From assembly GCA_964564875.1 (NCBI GenBank), contig CAZMDV010000001.1, forward strand, positions 1 to 38,246: a stretch of 38,246 bases of DNA, in the 5' to 3' direction. The translations under genes were made by a program, and so were the position numbers. Shown here one piece after another: positions 25,397-34,786 of the stretch. The DNA is from an uncultured Salinivenus sp. (GTDB taxonomy: Bacteria > Bacteroidota > Rhodothermia > Rhodothermales > Salinibacteraceae). Position 1 is the first letter of the stretch. The number at the start of each line of letters is the position of its first letter. Under the pieces are notes generated by a model. It was not told the DNA's origin. It did no database searches and saw only the letters and a list, made by a program, of their open reading frames with translations.

Positions 25397-25460
25397 AGTA
25401 TGGGAGAATGAGCGTGTGAATGTTTTTCCCCACTCCCAGACACCCAGACGCTCACGCATC
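25397..25460. repeat. Degenerate 8-bp-periodic inverted repeat (intergenic)
   Basis: Left arm GAGTATGG GAGAATGA GCGTGTGA; right arm CACTCCCA GACACCCA GACGCTCA. TGAGCGTGTG (25409-18) pairs with CAGACGCTCA (25445-54) with one mismatch. Confidence 0.45.
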
Positions 25461-25566
25461 GCGGCGTGTTCTCTAAAACCCTTATGCACAGCTCAGTAAC
25501 AACCCCTCCCGTCCCGACTCATAAGAAAATCCCTCACCAACTCGTGACTCGTCAACCGTAAGTCCC

Positions 25567-25908
25567 GTGCTGGTTCGCATCGTGCGCATGACCTTCGCCC
25601 CCGACACCGTCGATCAGTTTCTCGACCGGTTCGACGACGCCGCTCCACGGATCCGTGCGTTTCCGGGGTGTCACCACCTGGAGCTATGGCGGGACGCGGA
25701 TGATTCCGCCATCTGCACGACCTGCAGTCACTGGAAAAGCGCGGAGGCGCTTGCTGCGTACCGGAACAGCGATCTCTTCCGCACCACGTGGGCGGCCGTC
25801 AAGCCTCTTTTTGCCGACCGTCCGCAGGCGCATAGCTACACCGTGGCCCGACCGGGGGACGCCATCGGGACCGCCGCCCGGCAGAACGTAGACTCGGACA
25901 GCGCTTGA
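25567..25908 (+). CDS. Antibiotic biosynthesis monooxygenase (ABM) family protein
   Basis: MLVRIVRMTF...IRAFPGC..LELWRD...S.W...AL.AYR.S.LF...W..VK.LF...P.A.S, typical of Bacteroidota ABM/putative quinol monooxygenases. GTG start. Confidence 0.85.
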   Translation: MLVRIVRMTFAPDTVDQFLDRFDDAAPRIRAFPGCHHLELWRDADDSAICTTCSHWKSAEALAAYRNSDLFRTTWAAVKPLFADRPQAHSYTVARPGDAIGTAARQNVDSDSA

Positions 25909-26050
25909 CCCCCCTTTTCTGATCTGACTACTCGAAGGACGACTTCAGGACCCGCACGCAACGGCCGCCTCGTCCGCGGTGGGCCGAACCCAACGGGCGA
26001 AACCCGCCAGGTTTGCGGCACCAAGCAGCAACCAGCGCACCGTCTCCCCC

Positions 26051-26578
26051 CTAAAGCCCGCGGAGCGCCTGTCCCATGCTGAGCTGTGGCTTGTCCTCCA
26101 GGTCCGGAAAGCCAATGGGCCGGATGGTATACCGCCGGTCCGTCTCTGACGACGCCTGAGCCACCGTGTCTTGCACTGTCGCGTGAACCGTGCGGATCGC
26201 CCGCTGGTACTTCCGCTCCATCATGCGCTGCTCCGTTACCGTGGCCCCGTAAGCTTGATGCAGGTTCCGGTAGGTGGCGTCTGGCCCGAGCCGCTCGACC
26301 CGGCCCCGCTGGGCCTCCAGCAGAGATTCGTGTTCGTTTACCAGCGCCTGAAATTCTTCCGCCAGCGACTGAAGGGTGTCGGCCTCCGTCGCCGCCTGTT
26401 CGAGCGTCTGCAGGTCCACTTTCGTCGATTTTAGCTTGGCTTCGAAGGACTGCACAGCCTTCTGCATCGCCTCGTATATTTTGGGCTTCGTATCATAGCC
26501 CCCATAGGTTCGACAGCCGCTGAGAATCAGCAGGCCGGCGAGGGCGGCGTACAGAACGGTGCGATGTGCCTGGAGCAT
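26051..26578 (-). CDS. Hypothetical lipoprotein, helical/coiled-coil
   Basis: Hydrophobic stretch with lipobox LSGC (YAALAGLLILSG-C). Start is ATG 26578 (alternative 26623). Confidence 0.75.
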   Translation of the reverse strand: MLQAHRTVLYAALAGLLILSGCRTYGGYDTKPKIYEAMQKAVQSFEAKLKSTKVDLQTLEQAATEADTLQSLAEEFQALVNEHESLLEAQRGRVERLGPDATYRNLHQAYGATVTEQRMMERKYQRAIRTVHATVQDTVAQASSETDRRYTIRPIGFPDLEDKPQLSMGQALRGL

Positions 26579-27216
26579 AGAGGGAATCAGAAAGCGCCTA
26601 GACGTAGAGTCGTCGAGTGACATACATCAGAGGCATTAAAGGTGACGCTCCAGCCAGCCTCTTTCATCCGCGACCGACTATTTTGCGCCCATTTTCACGT
26701 CTCGGCCCGCCCGCGCCCGGCCCGTTCTGAAGCCCGAGGCCACACGAGCATGGGCAAAGATGAGGGGACCTCCGGAGAAACACCGAGTGTTAGCGGATGG
26801 TACCCAAAATCCCCACCCTCAGCGGGACGAAGCCCTCGTTCCGACCACGGTGTGGGCACAATCTCGTTCCATTGCTTTCCCGACTGGTAGACGCCCCCTC
26901 CTCCCTTCTATGTGTCCCCGCGCTGTGCAAACGTCCGTCAAACGAACACCACGCTGCGCGTGGCCGAAGAAGCTTGCGCCCACGGCAATCCGGACAGGGA
27001 CCCTCATACTCGATTCGCGGACCCCTGAGACGCCACGAACACGATCGGAAGAGACTTTGCACACGTATTCCTGACGCATCGGAAGTTGCGATTACGCCGT
27101 GCCGTCTCCGGCAGGACATCCCGACGGCTGCAGACGGCCGCCGTCCCGGCAAGATGGCCGTTCCCTGCAGCTCCCAAGCTCCATACTCCAGCGTACCCCG
27201 GTAGCCTCCCCCATTC

Positions 27217-30200
27217 ATGAGTGACCAAACAGCCCGCCTCGTTGAGCGTCTGCGCACCCGCCTGCGGCGAGTAACACGTCGCATGTCGTGGGCCGAACTG
27301 GCCTTCGGGGGCGCCGTGGCCCTCGGAAGCGTAGCGGCCCTCTTGCTCGTGGCCACGCTCCTGGAAGCCACTCTGTGGCTCGAGCCCAACCTTCGGACGG
27401 GACTCGTTGTCCTGGGCGGGGCGTGCCTCCTCGGCGTAAGCGCGGCGTTCTTGGCACGTCCCCTGGGCCGCCTGCTGGGTGTCCTCGACGGCCCCTCCGA
27501 CGAGGACATAGCCCGCACCGTCGGCGAGCACCACCCGGCCGTGGCCGATCGCCTGGTGAACCTGCTGCAGCTCGCCGAAGGTCAGCGGTCCCACGCCCCT
27601 GCGCCTTACGTCGACCGGGCGGTGCAACACCTCGCCGAACAGATCGACGACGTTCCGTTCGACGAGGTGGCCGACTTCCAGCCGGCCCAGATGGCAGCGC
27701 GGTGGGCCGCTCTTCCCCTCCTGGCCGTCCTTGGCTTTCTGGTTGCGGCCCCCTCGACGTTCCTAGACGCCTCCGAGCGACTGCTGGCCCCCCAGACCCG
27801 ATTCGATCGGCCCGCGCCCTTCGACCTCGCCGTCACCCCTGGCGATGCGCGCCTCATCAAGGGCGACTCCCTGCGCGTCACCGTCCGCACCACCGGCACG
27901 CCCCCCGATGCGGCGACGTTGCTCCTCCACCCTCAAGACAGCGACTCCCCCCGGCGGATTGCCCTGCAGGCCGACACCACCGGCACGTTCCGCCACCTCG
28001 TGCCCAACCTGCGGCAGTCCCTGCGCTACCGGGTAGTGGCCTCGCCGGTGCGCACAGCGTGGTACGAGGTCGACGTTGCCCAGCGCCCTTTCCTCCGCCG
28101 CCTGCAGGTCCAGCTGGCCCCGCCCGGCTATACCGATCGCCCTGCTCGCGAGCTGGCTCCCAACGTCGGCGACGTTAACGCCCTGCCTGGTACGCGCGTC
28201 ACCGTCACCGCCACCCTCGGAGGTGCTCCCGTATCGGAGGCCACCCTCGACTTCGAGGACGGGTCGGCCCAGCCACTGTCCCTGACGGAAGGGGTGGCCA
28301 CCGGAGACTTCATCCTCCAGCGCGAGGATACCTATGTGCTTCGCCTCCAGAGCGAGAACGGCATTCCCAATCGCGATCCGATCCGCTACGAGGTGTCGCT
28401 GCAGGCCGATGCCCGGCCTTCGGTCTCCTTCCTCGAGCCGGAGGGAATTGCCGAGCTGACTCCCGCCCTGACCCAGCAACTCCGCCTCCAGCTAAGCGAC
28501 GACTACGGCTTCCGTCGCGCCGAGCTGTTCTACCGCCGCGTCGACGGCGACTCGTCGTTTACCTCCATTGAGCTTCCGCTCTCCGAGCCTCAGGAGGTCG
28601 ACCAGGTGCTCAGCCACACGTGGCTCCTCGTTCAGGACAGCGACCTCGATCTCCAGCGGGGCGACGAGGTGGCCTACTACGTGAAGGCCTGGGACAATGA
28701 TGCCGTGAATGGCCCCAAGAGCGGCCGCACGGCCACCCAGCGCCTTCGGTTCCCCTCCCTCTCCGAGCAATATGAGGAGGTTGATACCCTCCAGCAGAGC
28801 ACCGGCGAGCAGATGCGACAGCTCGACCGTGAGTCCGAAACCGTTCAGCAACAATTCCGCAAGCTCCGGGACGAACTCCGGCGCACTCGCCAGGCCGACT
28901 GGGAGGATCGTCGTCAGCTCGAACGGATGCAGCAGAAGCAGGAATCGCTGTCGCAGGGCAAAAAAGAACTGGCCCGTCAGGTCGACTCCCTGAATCAGGA
29001 GATGCGGCGCAACGACCTGTCGAGCCCCGAGACCAGCAAGAAACTAGAGGAGCTCAAGCGCACCGTCGACGAGATGCAGTCGAAGGACCTGCAGGAGGCG
29101 CTCCAGAAACTGCAAAAGGCGATGCAGGACCAGAGCTTCCGGAAGATCCAGTCGTCCATGCAGAGCACGAAGTCCCGCCTGGAGCAGCAGAAACAGCAAA
29201 TGGAGCGCACGCTCAACCTGTTCGAGCAGCTTAGGGCGCGGATGAAGATGGAAGAGCTGACGCGCCGGACCGAAGACCTGCGGAAGCAAGAGGCGGAAAT
29301 CGAGAAGAAGACGAGCGAGCGCATGGAGGAGTCCGACCCGTCCCGTGTGGACTCGTCGAGCCAGTCCGAGGATTCCTCCCCCACTCCAGACTCTACCTCG
29401 CCGGACTCTGGCGCAATGCCGCCGGCCTCCCCCTCCGACTCGTCGGCCGCTACTCGGTCCGATTCAGCGTCGGCCGCCACTCCGCCCGACTCACTGTCGC
29501 CCCCTAGGGGAGACTCGACCTCTACGCCGCGGTCCGACTCGCTGTCAGCCCAGCGATCTCCCTCCCCCGATTCGTCCGCCAACAAGGACCTGGCCCGCGA
29601 GCAGGAACAGCTGTCCGAGGAGATGAAGAAGCTCATGAAGGAGATGAAGAAGGCCAAGGAGGACATGGGGGAGGTGCCCTCGGCCCCCAAGAAAAAGCTG
29701 CAGAAGCTCCAAAAGAAGATGGAGCAACAGGATCTGCCAGAGAAGATGCGCCAGAATAGTCAGCAGCTGCGCAAGAACGAGCTTTCGAAGGCCCGCCGGC
29801 AGCAACGGCAGCTCCAGAAGCAACTGCAAAACATGAAGTCGCAACTGTCGCAGATGAATCAGCAGATGCAGAGCCAGCAGCGACAGATGAACATTACTGG
29901 CCTCCGAAGTGCGCTCGAGAACACCCTCCGCCTCTCCAAGGACCAGGAAGATCTGCGCAAGACGGTCGAGAGGCTGGAGGGGGACGGCCCGACGGTTCGG
30001 CGCTACGCCGTGACGCAACAGAGCCTCACTGAGGGGGTTGAGAACCTGGCCGACTCACTACAGTCGATCGCCGGCCGTATGCCCCAGATGTCGAAGGCCG
30101 TTCAGAAGAAGACCGGCAACTCTCTGCGGGCCATGGAAAAGTCTATCACCGCGCTCGACGAACGCGAGGCGCAGGAGGCCACCGGCTATCAGAAGACCTC

Positions 30201-30846
30201 CATGATGCACCTCAACGATCTGGCCCTGCTCCTCTCTCGGCTGCTAGACAAGATGCAACAACAGCAGAGCGGGGGCAGCGGGAAGATGTCGATGCAGCAG
30301 GCCATGCAGCAGCTCCAGAAGGCCTCGGGCCAGCAGCAGAAACTCAACAAGCAGATCCAGAAGTTCTTGAATAAAGCACAGGGCCAGCGTCTCTCGAAGG
30401 ACGGTCAGGCCCGGCGTCGGCAACTGGCAAAGCAGCAGCGCCAGATCAAGCAGCAACTCGAAGAGATGAACGTCGGGGAGGAGACCAAACAGAAGCTCAT
30501 GGGCGACCTCCAGAAGATTGCCAAGCAGATGGAGAAGTCCGCCGAGGACCTAGAGGGCGGCCGCCACAGCCGCGACCTCATCAAGCGACAGCAACAGATC
30601 CTCACGCGGCTGCTCAACGCCCAGCAATCCCTCCGGACGCAGGGGAAGAAGCAACAGCGACGGGGCCGCCGGGCCGAGGAAGAGGCCGACCGGACTCCTC
30701 CCGGCGAGCGCCCCGACCAAGACGAGGTCGATGCGCTGCGCCGTGATCTCATCCGTGCCCTAGACATGGGATACAACTCGGACTACGAGGAGCTCATCAA
30801 GCGATACTTCGAGCTCCTGCAGGAGAACAAGGACACCGAGAGATAG
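27217..30846 (+). CDS. DUF4175-like membrane-anchored protein with Ig-like and long coiled-coil regions
   Basis: Three N-terminal TM segments, RLVNLLQL, PPGYT, D.RP.V, SDDYG, Y.VKAWDND.VNGPK, a Q/K/M-rich coiled coil and C-terminal Y.ELIKRYF. Confidence 0.85.
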   Translation: MSDQTARLVERLRTRLRRVTRRMSWAELAFGGAVALGSVAALLLVATLLEATLWLEPNLRTGLVVLGGACLLGVSAAFLARPLGRLLGVLDGPSDEDIARTVGEHHPAVADRLVNLLQLAEGQRSHAPAPYVDRAVQHLAEQIDDVPFDEVADFQPAQMAARWAALPLLAVLGFLVAAPSTFLDASERLLAPQTRFDRPAPFDLAVTPGDARLIKGDSLRVTVRTTGTPPDAATLLLHPQDSDSPRRIALQADTTGTFRHLVPNLRQSLRYRVVASPVRTAWYEVDVAQRPFLRRLQVQLAPPGYTDRPARELAPNVGDVNALPGTRVTVTATLGGAPVSEATLDFEDGSAQPLSLTEGVATGDFILQREDTYVLRLQSENGIPNRDPIRYEVSLQADARPSVSFLEPEGIAELTPALTQQLRLQLSDDYGFRRAELFYRRVDGDSSFTSIELPLSEPQEVDQVLSHTWLLVQDSDLDLQRGDEVAYYVKAWDNDAVNGPKSGRTATQRLRFPSLSEQYEEVDTLQQSTGEQMRQLDRESETVQQQFRKLRDELRRTRQADWEDRRQLERMQQKQESLSQGKKELARQVDSLNQEMRRNDLSSPETSKKLEELKRTVDEMQSKDLQEALQKLQKAMQDQSFRKIQSSMQSTKSRLEQQKQQMERTLNLFEQLRARMKMEELTRRTEDLRKQEAEIEKKTSERMEESDPSRVDSSSQSEDSSPTPDSTSPDSGAMPPASPSDSSAATRSDSASAATPPDSLSPPRGDSTSTPRSDSLSAQRSPSPDSSANKDLAREQEQLSEEMKKLMKEMKKAKEDMGEVPSAPKKKLQKLQKKMEQQDLPEKMRQNSQQLRKNELSKARRQQRQLQKQLQNMKSQLSQMNQQMQSQQRQMNITGLRSALENTLRLSKDQEDLRKTVERLEGDGPTVRRYAVTQQSLTEGVENLADSLQSIAGRMPQMSKAVQKKTGNSLRAMEKSITALDEREAQEATGYQKTSMMHLNDLALLLSRLLDKMQQQQSGGSGKMSMQQAMQQLQKASGQQQKLNKQIQKFLNKAQGQRLSKDGQARRRQLAKQQRQIKQQLEEMNVGEETKQKLMGDLQKIAKQMEKSAEDLEGGRHSRDLIKRQQQILTRLLNAQQSLRTQGKKQQRRGRRAEEEADRTPPGERPDQDEVDALRRDLIRALDMGYNSDYEELIKRYFELLQENKDTER

Positions 30847-30868
30847 CCCGCGTCCACGCGGCCACCGT

Positions 30869-31345
30869 CTACACCGGGTCCTCCGACACTGGGTCCTCCA
30901 AGAATCGGGCTCTCAGTTCTGGCGTCGGCATGCGGCACTGCTCGCGTTTGCCGAACCACTGATAGCGGTTCGCCGCGATGACGTCATACACCCAGTCGCG
31001 CAGCGGTGCGGGCACGGCGATCAACGCGTAGAGCAGAGACCACGGGGCGCCGAGCCGGCGGAGGATCCGGAGGGCCGCCGTGGAGCGCGTGTAGAGTCGG
31101 CCGTTCTCGATAAGAACCACGGAATCGATGGCCTCCGGATCAACGTCAAACGTCCGAAGGTACGGGCGGGCCGCGTCCGACTGCAGCGCTCCCAAAAGAA
31201 AATAGCCCTCGGAATCAGCGTCGAGGACGAAGTTGACGAAGCCGTTGCAGAGATTGCACACTCCATCGAAGAGAAGAAGGGCCCGCGGCGCCCCTGGAGA
31301 CTTTTCAGAAGGAGCGCCCGACAGTGAGTCTGCGGTGTCCTTCAT
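30869..31345 (-). CDS. Thiol-disulfide oxidoreductase, DCC (DUF393/YuxK) family
   Basis: LLFDGVCNLCNG, LQS, RSTAAL, P.PLRDWVYD.IA.NRY.WFGK...C..P...RARF. Start is ATG 31345. Confidence 0.92.
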   Translation of the reverse strand: MKDTADSLSGAPSEKSPGAPRALLLFDGVCNLCNGFVNFVLDADSEGYFLLGALQSDAARPYLRTFDVDPEAIDSVVLIENGRLYTRSTAALRILRRLGAPWSLLYALIAVPAPLRDWVYDVIAANRYQWFGKREQCRMPTPELRARFLEDPVSEDPV

Positions 31346-31510
31346 GGCGCGACCGAATCTCTGATGGTGGCACAGCGAGCATGACCTACTGGGCTCGTCC
31401 CCGCCGCGTCCTTCGCTCGAATCGGCACGGTTATCCCCGGCGTCGAACTGTGGGATCGAGGGGACAGGCCCCCACCGATGAGCGTTCCGCCCGTCTAGCC
31501 CATAACATGT

Positions 31511-31546
31511 CAAAACAAAACGGCTCCACCGATTGGCGGAGCCGTT
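31511..31546 (-). terminator. Intrinsic terminator downstream of tRNA-fMet
   Basis: Minus strand reads AACGGCTCC-GCCAATCGGT-GGAGCCGTT followed by TTGTTTTG. Confidence 0.8.
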
Positions 31547-31561
31547 AGGGACAGTCTACAG

Positions 31562-31633
<72 letters not shown>

Positions 31634-31767
31634 ATTTTTGTATCATTGTCTGGTATTCAGCAGGACAGACCAGGTTTCGCCGATGACCAATTTCACCGCG
31701 ATCTAATACCCGATTTTCAGCGCCCCAAAGCGGTAGGGACACTCAGTACGGAAGATAGCCCGGCACT

Positions 31768-31800
31768 AAGAAAACCCCGACTCCGGCTGAGGGTCGGGGT
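31768..31800 (-). terminator. Intrinsic terminator downstream of tRNA-Gly
   Basis: Minus strand reads ACCCCGAC-CCTCAGCCGGA-GTCGGGGT followed by TTTCTT. Confidence 0.8.
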
Positions 31801-31831
31801 CTGATCCCATCTAGGACAGGAGGAGAAGCAG

Positions 31832-31904
31832 AGCGGGTGATGGGATTCGAACCCACGACCTTCTGCATGGCAAGCAGATGCTCTAGCCTCTGAGCTACAC
31901 CCGC
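31832..31904 (-). tRNA. tRNA-Gly (anticodon GCC)
   Basis: Cloverleaf GCGGGTG TA GCTC AGAGGCTA GAGC A TCTGC TTGCCAT GCAGA AGGTC GTGGG TTCGAAT CCCAT CACCCGC T, with a U73 discriminator. CCA is not encoded. Confidence 0.95.
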
Positions 31905-31951
31905 ATCAAGATCACATAGCCTCGGACGGAAGCGGCGCGCATACGTTCCGG

Positions 31952-32476
31952 TTAGAAGCCGATCTTTTTGGATCCTTCGTCGTCCTCTTCAGCCTCAAAG
32001 CCGTCGCTTTCGAGGGTGAAGGTCAAGCTGAGCGGCTGGGCGTCCTGGGCGGTCCAGAAGGCCCGCGCGGCTTCGTTGGCGGCCAGCACTTCAAGGCGGA
32101 GGCGCCGCGCCCCGATCCGATCGGTCCAGTCGCGCACGGCGTTGGCGAGCTGTGTGCCGACACCCTCCCGCCGGGCCTCCGGGTGGACGTACAGTTCGTC
32201 GAGGTACACCTCCGAGCTCTCTTCATAGATGGGCGGCGGCCCCCACCGGTGCGCCGACGCAAACCCTACGATCTCACCGTCCGTCTCCGCCACGTAGACG
32301 CGGTACGTCTCGTCGTCGAGCCATCGCGGGAAGTCGTTGTTCCACCGGTCGCGGGCGTCTTCGGCCACCCCGAAGCGGTCGTCCAGGGCGCCCTGCGCGT
32401 CGAGGAGCTCCACCCAAAGGTCGCCCACCACGGCTTGATCATCGGGTTGGGCGCGGCGCACGTCGGGGTACTGCAT
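31952..32476 (-). CDS. GNAT family N-acetyltransferase
   Basis: VRRA..DD, YVAE.DGEIVGF, LDELYVHPEARREGVGTQL and LEVLAANEAARAFW. Confidence 0.92.
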   Translation of the reverse strand: MQYPDVRRAQPDDQAVVGDLWVELLDAQGALDDRFGVAEDARDRWNNDFPRWLDDETYRVYVAETDGEIVGFASAHRWGPPPIYEESSEVYLDELYVHPEARREGVGTQLANAVRDWTDRIGARRLRLEVLAANEAARAFWTAQDAQPLSLTFTLESDGFEAEEDDEGSKKIGF

Positions 32477-32511
32477 GGGCAAGGAAATATTCGAGTGAAG
32501 GAGACCAGGGA

Positions 32512-33603
32512 TTACGTCGCAGCGGGCTGCGCCACGGTGTCGGGCTGCGGGCGCGCCAGGTAGCCCTCCGATGCCAGCAGCTCGGCGTTGAGGATTGCGC
32601 CTCCAGCCGCGCCCCGCACTGTGTTGTGGGAGAGAAGGACGAACTTTACGTCGTTGACAGGGCAGTCCTGCAGGCGGCCCACGGAGACGGTCATGCCGCC
32701 GCCGGCCTTCACGTGGCGCTGCGGCTGAGGGGCGTCTGGCGCGTCAAGCACCTGCACGAACGGGTCGGGGCGGCTGGGGAGCGACTCGGTGGCGGCTGGG
32801 GCCTCGAAGGTGCGGAGAGTTTCCTTCACCGCGTTGGCATCCACGTCGTCGTGAAAGCGGACCGACGCGCAGGCCAGGTGTCCATTGCGGACCGGCACGC
32901 GCGTGCACTGCGCACTAAGGGTAAGGTCCGCCGGGGCGACCCGGTCGCCGTCGAGCGTCCCGAGGATCTTGCGCGGCTCGGTCGCCAGCTTCTCCTCCTC
33001 CCCGCCGATGTAGGGGATAACATTGCCTACCGCGTCGAGCGACGGGACGCCCGGATAGCCCGCGCCGGAGAGGGCTTGCAGCATCGTCACCTGCACGGCG
33101 TCCACCTCGAAGGCCTCCATCAGGGGATGAAGGCCACAGATGAGGCCCGTGGTGGAGCAGTTGGGATTGGTGACGATAAACCCCTCTCCATCCCACGACT
33201 GCGCGTCGATCAGGGCCAGGTGCTCGGGATTGACTTCGGGAATGAGAAGCGGCACGGGGTCGTGCAACCGGTAGTTTTTGGCGTTCGACACCACGGGCAC
33301 GCCCGCCGCGGCGAAGGTCTGCTCAATCTCGCCCGCAACCGAGGAACTGAGGGCAGAGAAGACAAACTCGCAGTCCAAAGCGGACGGGGTGGTCTCTTGC
33401 ACCTCCAAGGATGCGATGGACTCCGGAATGGGAGCGCCGCTGAGCCAGTTCGTCGCCTCTCGATAGCTCTGACCCGCCGATCGTTCAGACGCCGCCACGT
33501 CGGTAACCGTAAACCAGGGATGATTGTCCAGCAGCCGAATGAAGGTCTGCCCGACGGCACCGGTGGCGCCCAGAATGCCGACTCGATAGTCGCGCGTGCC
33601 CAT
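32512..33603 (-). CDS. asd: Aspartate-semialdehyde dehydrogenase
   Basis: VGILGATGAVGQ, ASERSAG, VPLLIPEVN, catalytic NPNCST, QALSGAGYPG, RVPVRNGH and HNTVRGAAGG. Start is ATG 33603. Confidence 0.96.
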   Translation of the reverse strand: MGTRDYRVGILGATGAVGQTFIRLLDNHPWFTVTDVAASERSAGQSYREATNWLSGAPIPESIASLEVQETTPSALDCEFVFSALSSSVAGEIEQTFAAAGVPVVSNAKNYRLHDPVPLLIPEVNPEHLALIDAQSWDGEGFIVTNPNCSTTGLICGLHPLMEAFEVDAVQVTMLQALSGAGYPGVPSLDAVGNVIPYIGGEEEKLATEPRKILGTLDGDRVAPADLTLSAQCTRVPVRNGHLACASVRFHDDVDANAVKETLRTFEAPAATESLPSRPDPFVQVLDAPDAPQPQRHVKAGGGMTVSVGRLQDCPVNDVKFVLLSHNTVRGAAGGAILNAELLASEGYLARPQPDTVAQPAAT

Positions 33604-33850
33604 GACGGATTCGGTACGCGGATTCAAGAGGATCTGTGAGGAGCGGAGGCTACAGTCTGTGTGGTCATTAACCTCAGCCTGCAACCATACTGATTTCCGT
33701 TGTGTTCCCCCCCCCCGCTCCCGACCTCGAATCGTCCCAAATTCTTCGTTCGAGTTCGTTTGCGTGAATCTGGTCCTTTTGTAGGTTGTGACTGATTCGG
33801 TCCAATCTCCTCTCCTCGATTCCACGCTCAACGCTCTCCTTTATTTTCCT

Positions 33851-34747
33851 ATGACCGACGTTTCCGACGCTGACATCATCGACGGACGCGAACTGGCGCA
33901 GGCCGTCCGCGACGAAGTGCACTCCGACATTCAAGACTGGACCGACGCGGGCGGCCGTCCTCCGTTTCTGTCCGCGGTCTTGGTCGGGGAAAACCCGGCT
34001 TCCGAGGCGTATGTGCGGGGCAAAGAGAAGGACGCAGCGGAGGTGGGGATTGAGACCGAGACGCACCACCTCGACGCCGACACGACCCAGGAGGACCTCT
34101 TGGAACTCGTCTACGATTTGAACGCGGACCCGTCCGTAGACGGCATTCTCGTGCAACTCCCGCTCCCCGACCCCATTGACGAACAAACAATCATTGATGC
34201 CGTCGATCCGTCGAAGGACGTCGACGGCTTCCACCCCGAGAACCTGGGCCGTCTGATGCGGGGCAGTCCCCGCTACATTCCCGCCACCCCTTACGGCATC
34301 ATGCAGATGCTGTCCCGGTGCGACATTGACCCGGAGGGGATGGACGCGGTCATCGTGGGCCGCTCCAACATCGTGGGCAAGCCCCTGGCCAATCTGCTCC
34401 TGCGCCGCACCGCCAACGCCACCGTCACTGTGTGCCACAGTCGCACCCGGGACCTGGCCGCCCATACCCGCCGGGCCGATCTGCTCGTGGCCGCCGCCGG
34501 GCAGGCCGCCTTCATCGACGGCGAGATGGTGCAAGAGGGCGCCGTCGTGATCGACGTGGGCATCAACCGCGTACAAGACGAGTCCGCCGAGCGCGGCTAT
34601 CGCCTGGTCGGGGACGTTGATTTCGACGACGTTCGGCCCAGGGCCGCCCGAATCACCCCGGTGCCAGGCGGCGTCGGACTCATGACGCGGGCGATGCTTC
34701 TGAAAAACACCCTCAAGGCGGCGCGACTGCGTGCCGCGTCGACCTAA
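33851..34747 (+). CDS. folD: Bifunctional methylenetetrahydrofolate dehydrogenase/cyclohydrolase
   Basis: IDGRELA, S.AYV..K, GILVQLPLP, KDVDGFHP, PATPYG, VGRSNIVGKP, IDVGINR and ITPVPGGVG. Start is ATG 33851. Confidence 0.97.
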   Translation: MTDVSDADIIDGRELAQAVRDEVHSDIQDWTDAGGRPPFLSAVLVGENPASEAYVRGKEKDAAEVGIETETHHLDADTTQEDLLELVYDLNADPSVDGILVQLPLPDPIDEQTIIDAVDPSKDVDGFHPENLGRLMRGSPRYIPATPYGIMQMLSRCDIDPEGMDAVIVGRSNIVGKPLANLLLRRTANATVTVCHSRTRDLAAHTRRADLLVAAAGQAAFIDGEMVQEGAVVIDVGINRVQDESAERGYRLVGDVDFDDVRPRAARITPVPGGVGLMTRAMLLKNTLKAARLRAAST

Positions 34748-34786
34748 CGCAGCTTCTTCCTCTCGAATCCCGTTCTCCCCGGTTTT

